Assembly: GCA_002309765.1 (NCBI GenBank)
Contig: DBXY01000017.1
Coordinates: 52,820-116,819, forward strand
DNA from: Verrucomicrobia bacterium UBA1200
GTDB lineage: Bacteria > Verrucomicrobiota > Kiritimatiellia > RFP12 > UBA1067
Length of the DNA: 64,000 nucleotides
Direction of reading: 5' to 3'
Shown one piece after another: positions 57,211-64,000 of this stretch. Numbering within the stretch: the first letter of the stretch is position 1; each line of letters opens with the position of its first letter. The translations under genes were made by a program, and so were the position numbers. The notes under the pieces are model-generated. The model ran no database searches. It was not told the origin of the DNA and saw only the letters and a program-made list of their open reading frames with translations.

Positions 57211-58497
57211 ATGCGGCGCAGGACTTTTGTCAAACATTCGGTAGCGGCGACAGTAACCGCGGTATTGGCTGATTTCATGAAGGCATTCGCCGCCGGCGAG
57301 GCGGACACCGCCGTCGGCAAACCGCTGGGACGATGGGAAAAAGGCCACTTCCAAGTGCATTTCATTTACACCGGGGTGGCGGAATCGATGTTTATGATTT
57401 ATCCCGACGGCACCACGCTGCTGCTGGATGTCGGGGACCATCCGGCTCACATGCGCGGGAAAAAGCAAATACCGATCCTACCGGATATGTCGCGCCACGC
57501 GGGCGAATGGATTTCCCGGTACGTAACCCGGGTAAACCCCAACGGGCGCAAGGTCGATTACTTCATGCTCTCGCACTACCACTCCGACCACGGAGGGTCG
57601 CGTTCCTACCACGCGGGATTGTCGGAGAACGGGAAATATTACAAATCCGGGTTGGGGCAGGCAATCGACTTTCTAGATATCGGCAAGGCGATAGACCGCG
57701 CGTACCCGACCTATGACGACCCGATTGTCAAGCTGGACAATGACGACGGCTATATGTGCGCCAACCTCAAGGAAGTTTACCAAGAGATGATCCGGCGTGG
57801 CTCCAAGGTCGAAAAATTCCGGTTGGAGAAAGGTTCCGACCAGCTGAATCCGCTGCATGAAAAAACCGACGGGTTCAGTATCCGTCCGCTTTGCGCCAAT
57901 GGCAGAATCATGCTGCCGGACGGCACGGTGAAAGACCTGTACAAAGATCTGATCGAGCGCAATCACCCGAAAGCTCTTAATGAAAACGGAATGTCGCTGG
58001 GGATGGTCTTCAACTACGGGAAATTCCGTTTCTACACCGCCGGGGACTTTTCCGACCGCATTAAAAAGGCGGACGGAACTGCAGTGCAGGTAGAGGACCT
58101 GATGGCCGAAGCCTGCGGCACGGCAAACGTGGTCAAGGTCAACCACCACGGCCACCACTCGATGTTCCCCGAACTGGTAAAAGCGCTAAAAGGGCAGGTT
58201 TACGTCGCCTGCATGTGGGATCAGCTGCACATGACCGCCGACACGATGGAACGGTTGGCGGACCGCAACCTTTACCCGGAGCCGCGTTTGCTGTGTCCAG
58301 GCGTGTTCACCAAGGAACGCCGGGAGGAAGACGCCGGGAAAGCTTGGATAAAAGATATCCCGGAAACGCTGTACGAGCCGAAACACGTGGTGCTGGACGT
58401 GCCGCCGGGCGGTGAGACGTTCAAGTTCAGTTTTGTGCGGGCGGCGGACGAATCGATGACCGTGGAGTCGGTGATTAGTCTGGTAACCCGCGGATAG
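57211..58497 (+). CDS. Tat-exported MBL-fold metallo-hydrolase
   Basis: Start at ATG 57211, with AGGGAGG 7 nt upstream. Twin-arginine signal MRRRTFVKHSVAATVTAVLA. HYHSDHGG metallo-beta-lactamase motif. Confidence 0.78.
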   Translation: MRRRTFVKHSVAATVTAVLADFMKAFAAGEADTAVGKPLGRWEKGHFQVHFIYTGVAESMFMIYPDGTTLLLDVGDHPAHMRGKKQIPILPDMSRHAGEWISRYVTRVNPNGRKVDYFMLSHYHSDHGGSRSYHAGLSENGKYYKSGLGQAIDFLDIGKAIDRAYPTYDDPIVKLDNDDGYMCANLKEVYQEMIRRGSKVEKFRLEKGSDQLNPLHEKTDGFSIRPLCANGRIMLPDGTVKDLYKDLIERNHPKALNENGMSLGMVFNYGKFRFYTAGDFSDRIKKADGTAVQVEDLMAEACGTANVVKVNHHGHHSMFPELVKALKGQVYVACMWDQLHMTADTMERLADRNLYPEPRLLCPGVFTKERREEDAGKAWIKDIPETLYEPKHVVLDVPPGGETFKFSFVRAADESMTVESVISLVTRG

Positions 58498-58505
58498 GGT
58501 CGTCC

Positions 58506-60260
58506 CTATTTGTCGGTATGGCTGAGGATATCTTTTACCAGCAGTTCGATTGACTGGTCACCCATGTAATCGTCTATCGCTAATTCAAACGCGATATCCG
58601 TCAAATCGCCGCAGCGATACTTATCCGCATCTTCGCCGTGGTTGAACCAGACGGCGCGAAACTTATGTTTGCCGGCGGCAACCGTGAGCGAGAGGTGTTT
58701 TTCGTCTGCGCCGATTTTGTTGATCCGGTCGATTCTCGCGTTTGCGATCGCCCAGCACGGTTTGGGGTTGCCGAAACCGAACGGCGCGAGCCGCTGTTGT
58801 TCGCGGTAAAATTCCAACGTCAGGAGGTCAGGCGCTAGGATACCGTCCACGACCAATGCCTCGGTCTCCCCCCTGGCAACGGCGCGCTGCGCCTGGCAAA
58901 CGGCCTCAAAACGCTGGCGGAATTCGGGGAATTTCCCGGGTTTTACCGTAAAACCGCCCGCCCTTTCGTGGCCGCCGAACACGCTCAACAGGTCGGCGGT
59001 TTCTGACAGCGCCGCCATCACATTATACCCTGCCCCCGCCCGAACCGAACCGCGGGCGACCGCGTTAGATTCGTCTGGCGTATCAAACACCGCCACCGCG
59101 GCAGGGCAGCAGAATTTTTCGCACAACCGCGCCGCCACAATCCCGATCACGCCCTTGTGCCAGCCGTGCCGGGCGACAACCACGGCGGCCGGCGGGGATT
59201 CCGCATAACCATCCAAACCGCAACCGCACATGGCGGCGTCAAAAATCTCGCCCTCGGTCTCTTTGCGACTGCGGTTAAGCTCCGCCATCTTCCTCGCCAA
59301 CTGTTGGGCAAGGTCGGGATTGTCGGTGGAAAGCAGTTGATAGGCGATCTCCGCCGACTCCATCCGTCCGGCGGCGTTAATCATCGGGCCGACGAAAAAC
59401 CCGAAAGTCTCGGTATCGGGGTCGCCGCCCTTGTTCCGGTGGGCAAGCAGCCGGTCCAGCCCGTTGGTATGGAAGGAACCCCAGCGATTGGTGACATTGG
59501 AGACGATAATGCGGTTTTCCCCCACCAGCGGAACGATGTCCGCCACGGTGGCTACCGCCACTTCGGCTATTATCCGTTTGGCGATACTTCTGTTGTCAGA
59601 ATACCAACCGTTGGTGCGGCCATATTCGACCAGTGCTTGCGCCAGTTTGAACGCCACCCCCGCCCCGCAAAGATATCGCAACGGCTCCGGGGTTCCGGGC
59701 AATGTCGGGTCGATCAGCGCGTCCGGCTCCGGCAACCGCTCGATACGCTGGTGGTGGTCGGTCAACACCACGCGGCAGCCGAGTTTTTTCAACGCCGCGA
59801 CCTCGTCCACGGCGGTGATGCCGCAATCGACGGTAATCCAAAAATCGGGATTGCCGCATTCAGCGCGGCAACGGTCAATCGCCGCCGGGGTGAGACCGTA
59901 CCCTTCGGTCTGGCGTTGGGGCAGAAAATGGTCCGCCCTAGCTCCAAGCAGCCGCAAAATCCGCACCATAATGGCGGTAGAACAGACCCCGTCGGTGTCA
60001 AAATCGCCAAACACCACGAAGTGGGCGTTGGAACGGATGCCGTCCCAAATCAACCGGACGGCATCGCTGACGCCGGGCAAGGCGTCCGGCGGCACCAGAT
60101 CGCGAAAATTGGGGTTAAGGAATTTTCTGGCAGCCGCCGGGTCGGATATTTCCCTTTTAACCAATATTCCGGCCAGCGGCTTCGGCAAATCAAGCTCCGC
60201 CGCCAGCCGGTCTGCGGCGGCTATGTCAAAATCCGGGGTTATCCAAGACCTCGGAGCCAA
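58506..60260 (-). CDS. recJ: Single-stranded-DNA-specific exonuclease RecJ
   Basis: 584 aa. DHH motifs in RecJ order: VVFGDFDTDGVCS, ITVDCGITA, VLTDHHQ, followed by GGHERAGG. Confidence 0.92.
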   Translation of the reverse strand: MAPRSWITPDFDIAAADRLAAELDLPKPLAGILVKREISDPAAARKFLNPNFRDLVPPDALPGVSDAVRLIWDGIRSNAHFVVFGDFDTDGVCSTAIMVRILRLLGARADHFLPQRQTEGYGLTPAAIDRCRAECGNPDFWITVDCGITAVDEVAALKKLGCRVVLTDHHQRIERLPEPDALIDPTLPGTPEPLRYLCGAGVAFKLAQALVEYGRTNGWYSDNRSIAKRIIAEVAVATVADIVPLVGENRIIVSNVTNRWGSFHTNGLDRLLAHRNKGGDPDTETFGFFVGPMINAAGRMESAEIAYQLLSTDNPDLAQQLARKMAELNRSRKETEGEIFDAAMCGCGLDGYAESPPAAVVVARHGWHKGVIGIVAARLCEKFCCPAAVAVFDTPDESNAVARGSVRAGAGYNVMAALSETADLLSVFGGHERAGGFTVKPGKFPEFRQRFEAVCQAQRAVARGETEALVVDGILAPDLLTLEFYREQQRLAPFGFGNPKPCWAIANARIDRINKIGADEKHLSLTVAAGKHKFRAVWFNHGEDADKYRCGDLTDIAFELAIDDYMGDQSIELLVKDILSHTDK

Positions 60261-60290
60261 AAACGCACCTCCTTCAACCCCGAAGCCCGA

Positions 60291-62150
60291 TTAGTACTTA
60301 ACCACCGCCAAAGGCTGGCCTTTGGCGACGTTGTCGCCGTGCTTGACCAGGAATTTGACCACGGTCAGCGGCTTGTCCGCCTTAATCGGGTTGAACATCT
60401 TCATCGCCTCGATCACGCATACCGGATCGCCGGCCTTAACCGCGCCGCCCTCTTGGGCCAACTCCGGCTTGCCGGGGCCGTCGGAACGGAAGAAAGTGCC
60501 GTTGAACGGGGCGTTGACGGTCGGGCCGGAAACTTCGTCCGGCTTCTCTGCCGCCGGAGCGGGAGCCGCCTCGGGGGCCGGAGCCGACTTCTTGGGCAAC
60601 GGCACGGCGGGAACGGAGCCGGCGGTCATGCCAAGGCGGCTCGCCAATTCCGCCACCAACTGGCCGATCTCGGCGAATCGCTCGGTTGACTCGTCAGCCG
60701 CCGGAGCCGGCGCGGGAGCAGGGGTCCCCGCAGGAGCGGGCTGGCGCTCCAAGTCGGCGGGGATCGGGTCGCGCTGGCCTTCGGGCTGGGCGCGCCACTT
60801 GAAGTAGCCGAGAGCCACTTCCGGGAAGAGACAATAAGAAAGGATATCCTCTTCCTTTTGAACCAGCTTGGGTTCCAATTGGTTTGCGGCCTCGGCCAAA
60901 CCCGGTTTCAGCAGATCCGCCGGGCGGCAGGTAATCGGCTTTTCGCCGCCAAGGATCTTCTTTGCCACTTTGGGGTTGATCGGAGCCGGTGCGCGGCCGT
61001 AAAGGCCCTTAACGTAATTCTTGGTCTCCTGGGTAACCATCTTGTAACGGCCCTGCAGCACATTCAGCACCGACTGGATGCCGACAATCTGGCTGGTTGG
61101 GGTCACCAACGGCGGATATCCCATGTCGGCGCGGGTCTTGGGAAGCTCGTCCATCACCTCTTGCAACCGATCCAGCGCCCCCTGCTGGTCAAGCTGGGAA
61201 CGAAGGTTGGAAATCATGCCGCCGGGAATCTTGTGCTCCAGCACCCCGGCGTCAACCGGCTCGGTGGCAGTGGTGCGGGGGGCGCGGTCCTTCTTAAGCC
61301 CTCTGAAATAGGCGTTGATTTCCGCCAGCTTGGCGTGGTCGAGGTTGGTGTCGTATCCCTCGGCCTCGAAAATCGCCGCCATAGTCTCGGTGGGCGGCTG
61401 GGAAGAAAAGCTGGACATGGTGGAAATCGCGGTGTCAACCGCGCCGGCGCCGGCCTTTACCGCCGAGAGATACATCGCCGCCGCCATGCCGCTGGTCATG
61501 TGGGAATGGACCTGAACCGGGACCTTGATCGACTTGACCAGCGCCCCGACCAGCGTGGACGCCTCGGCGGGAGTCATGATGCCCGCCATATCCTTGATAC
61601 ACAGCGAGTCGATGCCCATCGACTCCATCTGTTTCGCCAGCTGGACAAAACTCTCAACGGTATGGACCGGGCTGGTGGTGTAACTGATGGTGCCCTGGGC
61701 GTGCCCGCCGTATTTCTTGACCGACGAAATCGCCTTTTCCAGATTGCGGGGGTCGTTCAGCGCGTCAAAAACCCGGAAGATGTCCATGCCGTTTTCGCAG
61801 GCCAAAGCGACGAAGCGTTCCACCACATCATCGGGATAGTGCTTATACCCCAGCAGGTTCTGGCCGCGGAGCAGCATTTGCAGCGGCGTGTTTTTGCAGA
61901 CGGCCTTGATTTTGCGGAGCCGCTCCCAAGGGTTCTCGCGCAGGAAACGCATGCAAACGTCGAAAGTCGCCCCGCCCCAGCACTCCAGCGAATAATAGCC
62001 GGCCTGGTCAACCGCCTCGGCAATGGCAAGGATATCGTCTGTGCGCAACCGGGTCGCCCAAAGCGACTGGTGCGCGTCGCGCAAAGTGGTGTCGGTGATT
62101 CGGATCCGCGTTTTCCGGGCAGCGGTTCCGACAGTTTTCGTCTGTTTCAT
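60291..62150 (-). CDS. Biotin-dependent carboxyltransferase (oxaloacetate decarboxylase alpha / pyruvate carboxylase subunit B type) with a C-terminal biotinyl domain
   Basis: 619 aa. ITDTTLRDAHQSL, ECWGGATFD and MLLRGQNLLGY (5S/OadA carboxyltransferase), a Pro/Ala linker, then the CVIEAMKMFNPIKA biotinylation motif. No beta or gamma subunit genes in the window. Confidence 0.86.
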   Translation of the reverse strand: MKQTKTVGTAARKTRIRITDTTLRDAHQSLWATRLRTDDILAIAEAVDQAGYYSLECWGGATFDVCMRFLRENPWERLRKIKAVCKNTPLQMLLRGQNLLGYKHYPDDVVERFVALACENGMDIFRVFDALNDPRNLEKAISSVKKYGGHAQGTISYTTSPVHTVESFVQLAKQMESMGIDSLCIKDMAGIMTPAEASTLVGALVKSIKVPVQVHSHMTSGMAAAMYLSAVKAGAGAVDTAISTMSSFSSQPPTETMAAIFEAEGYDTNLDHAKLAEINAYFRGLKKDRAPRTTATEPVDAGVLEHKIPGGMISNLRSQLDQQGALDRLQEVMDELPKTRADMGYPPLVTPTSQIVGIQSVLNVLQGRYKMVTQETKNYVKGLYGRAPAPINPKVAKKILGGEKPITCRPADLLKPGLAEAANQLEPKLVQKEEDILSYCLFPEVALGYFKWRAQPEGQRDPIPADLERQPAPAGTPAPAPAPAADESTERFAEIGQLVAELASRLGMTAGSVPAVPLPKKSAPAPEAAPAPAAEKPDEVSGPTVNAPFNGTFFRSDGPGKPELAQEGGAVKAGDPVCVIEAMKMFNPIKADKPLTVVKFLVKHGDNVAKGQPLAVVKY

Positions 62151-62386
62151 TCGGACACTTCTCCTAATAAACTGAAAGAACTCTTATATTATGTGAGATT
62201 TGCGCCCAAAAGTCACGCCCGATTTCACCGATTTGGGGTAAAAAATGGCAATTTAGTCGCCTCAAACATTTTTTTTCACTTTTTTATCATTTTAAGGTTG
62301 CAGTTTGCACCGCTAATGGGGTAAATTATTCCCGTACACATGAGTGTAGCTAGGAGTGTTGAATAACAGCATTTGAGGTTATTGCG

Positions 62387-63523
62387 ATGGGTAATGCACT
62401 ACGTGGTTTGGTTTTTGTAATTTTGGCACTGAGTATTGCCGCTTTGGTTTTTGCGAACTTGCTGTTCGGCAAGCGTGAGCTGTTGATGCAGCGCAACTAT
62501 GCGTTGGAAGAGAGTATCGTAAAGCTGGCCAAGACGATTGAGATGAAGAACGCTGAGGAGCAGACCGCTCCCGAGCTGAAACAGGACGTCTCGGCGGTGG
62601 AAGACCGGGTACTGGACAACCCGGAAACCGATTCCCCGCTGGAAGGTTACGCGCTTCAGTTGGAGTCTGAGAATCAGCCCACGTTCGAAATCGGTGACAA
62701 CGACTCCCGCAGCCAGCTCCGTACCTTCTATAAGGTCGGCACCGATGGCAAGTACGTTCTGGATTCGCTCACCCAGAAGCCGTCCACGACCGGCGAGGGC
62801 ACGATGGCCGAGCTGCTGGACAAGGTGTTTGACCGGGCGAAGGCTCAGCAGGCGAACCTGAACAAAACCCGCGGCGAACTTCACAAGATGCGCGATCGCT
62901 TCACCACCGCGGTTGAAGAGATCAACAAGCTGAAGATTGACGGCCGTCTGGTTAAGAAGGACTTGACCGAGCGCAAGGCTGACATTGTCCGCCTGAACGA
63001 CGAGAAGGAAGTCCTCGAAGGCCGTATCGCCAAGCTGAACAACGAGAAGAAAGAGCTTACCGCCGAGCTGGCGGACACCAAGAACGAGGTCGAGAAGCTG
63101 AATGAAGATAAGCTGACCCTCACCGACGATTTGGCGAACGCCCAGAAGACGATTGAAGAGATGAAAAAGCGCCTGAACGGCACCAACGACCGTCCTGGTC
63201 AGTATGTTGACGGCGCGGTTGCCGCCGCGCAGATGACGGCCGGCGACAAGGGCAAGATCATCTCCGCCAACGACGAGATGAAGTTCTGCATCATCGAGTT
63301 CTCCCCGGCCGCCATCGCCGAGATGATGGGTCCGGAGCGCGAGAATCCGCTGCCGCAGCTGGAAATGAGCATTCGCCGTGCGGGCCGCCAGAGCGCTTCC
63401 GGCGAGTTCGTTACCCGCATTAAACTGCGCCAGGCGGTTCGCGGCAAGAATATCGTGGTGGCGGACATCTTGAATGATTGGCAGCAGACCGCCGTGGAGA
63501 AGGGTGATGTGGTCTTCTTCTAA
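62387..63523 (+). CDS. Membrane-anchored coiled-coil protein of unknown function
   Basis: 378 aa. N-terminal TM helix (LVFVILALSIAALVFANLLF), about 200 aa of heptad-rich Lys/Glu/Leu sequence, and a C-terminal globular region of about 110 aa. Confidence 0.6.
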   Translation: MGNALRGLVFVILALSIAALVFANLLFGKRELLMQRNYALEESIVKLAKTIEMKNAEEQTAPELKQDVSAVEDRVLDNPETDSPLEGYALQLESENQPTFEIGDNDSRSQLRTFYKVGTDGKYVLDSLTQKPSTTGEGTMAELLDKVFDRAKAQQANLNKTRGELHKMRDRFTTAVEEINKLKIDGRLVKKDLTERKADIVRLNDEKEVLEGRIAKLNNEKKELTAELADTKNEVEKLNEDKLTLTDDLANAQKTIEEMKKRLNGTNDRPGQYVDGAVAAAQMTAGDKGKIISANDEMKFCIIEFSPAAIAEMMGPERENPLPQLEMSIRRAGRQSASGEFVTRIKLRQAVRGKNIVVADILNDWQQTAVEKGDVVFF

Positions 63524-63686
63524 GACCATCGCCCGCGCCCTCGCCGCGCTGTCCTGTACAGCGTTGCTGGCGGCGGCAGGTTGCATGGCCAGCCGCCCGG
63601 CGGAAACGGATATGCCGTGGTCCGCCCCGTCAGCCTGGGAGGGAACCATGCCGCTTCCGAGCGGTTATCTGAATCGGTTCGATTGA
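63507..63686 (+). CDS. Small (59 aa) putative lipoprotein overlapping the preceding gene by 17 nt
   Basis: MWSSSKTIARALAALSCTALLAAAGC has a lipobox-like AAGC. The ORF ends just before a strong terminator. No recognisable family. Confidence 0.45.
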   Translation: MWSSSKTIARALAALSCTALLAAAGCMASRPAETDMPWSAPSAWEGTMPLPSGYLNRFD

Positions 63687-63693
63687 GTTTGAA

Positions 63694-63730
63694 GGGTCTC
63701 GCCAATAACGGCGAGACCCCTTTTTTGTTT
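63694..63730 (+). terminator. Rho-independent terminator
   Basis: GGGTCTCGCC-AATAAC-GGCGAGACCC followed by CTTTTTTGTTT, starting 8 nt after the stop at 63686. Confidence 0.78.
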
Positions 63731-63778
63731 AGGACACGGTCCGGCGCAACGCGCCAAACTACAATAAGGAGAGTTAGG

Positions 63779-64000
63779 ATGGCTTATTATCTTGGAGTGG
63801 ATGTCGGTGGTTCCCACATCACGCTAAACCTGGTAGATTCGGAAACCTTCGCAATCCTCGAAGGAACGTCGCTGCGCAAACCGCTCAACACCCATGTCGA
63901 GCCGACCAAAGTGCTTGAGGTGTTCGACCAGGCTATCCGCGAAATCGCCGACGCCGTGGGCCGCGACAATATCCTCGGGGTTGGGCTGGCCTTCCCCGGA
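63779..64000 (+). CDS. ROK-family sugar kinase/regulator, N-terminal part (runs off the window)
   Basis: ATG at 63779, with AAGGAGAG upstream. MAYYLGVDVGGSHITLNLVD is the ROK/glucokinase N-terminal ATP-binding motif. The frame is open to the window end. Confidence 0.78.
   Translation, partial: MAYYLGVDVGGSHITLNLVDSETFAILEGTSLRKPLNTHVEPTKVLEVFDQAIREIADAVGRDNILGVGLAFPG

Noticed and set aside
59157-60689. 510-aa plus-strand ORF spanning recJ and the carboxyltransferase gene (also 60858-62324)
   Set aside because: It is antisense to two genes with strong family motifs, and it crosses their intergenic gap, which a real gene would not need to do.
62399-63649. 416-aa minus-strand ORF
   Set aside because: It is antisense to the coiled-coil protein gene. 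The plus-strand frame has a TM helix, heptad periodicity, an RBS-compatible start and a terminator after it.

Overview
A 64-kb GC-rich segment (roughly 60% by eye). Its gene content resembles a glycan-degrading member of the PVC superphylum (Lentisphaerota, Kiritimatiellota or Verrucomicrobiota); that placement is inference only. I call about 40 protein genes, one tRNA-Asp(GTC), three gene fragments, several sigma70-like promoters and several hairpin terminators. I saw no rRNA, CRISPR array, transposase or integrase.

Content:
(1) Housekeeping genes: lemA, dxr, guaA, secG, uppP, cdd, recJ, a biotin-dependent carboxyltransferase and a ROK kinase.
(2) A co-directional run of exported glycoside hydrolases: GH51, GH78-like, two GH42-like TIM barrels, GH63/MGH1-like and a clan GH-D alpha-galactosidase-like enzyme, plus an exported ADP-ribosylglycohydrolase-fold protein.
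(3) Four very large signal-peptide proteins of 876, 800, 1751 and 2815 aa. The largest is a lamin-tail-domain/CotH-kinase giant.
(4) A small AT-rich islet with an intact vapBC module and a decayed ATPase gene.
(5) A six-gene operon: two paralogous small membrane proteins, an FGGY kinase, a Zn-ADH, a DeoC aldolase and an exported beta-propeller.

Items most worth a second look:
- A G10 tract forms a too-short 14-bp spacer between perfect TTGACA and TATAAT boxes upstream of the 800-aa surface protein, which looks like a phase-variable promoter.
- Diverged direct repeats of about 0.3 kb (vapC 3' end, terminator, adhesin 3' end) bracket the six-gene operon.
- The small-membrane-protein pair is uncharacterised and may be a transporter for the kinase/dehydrogenase/aldolase pathway.
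- A 40-bp palindromic element is shared by two operon upstream regions.
- Tandem 7-nt repeats fill the operon's intergenic spacers.
- GuaA has a gutted glutaminase domain.
- The large surface proteins share a C-terminal tail motif.

All homology calls come from motif recognition by eye. No database search was run.
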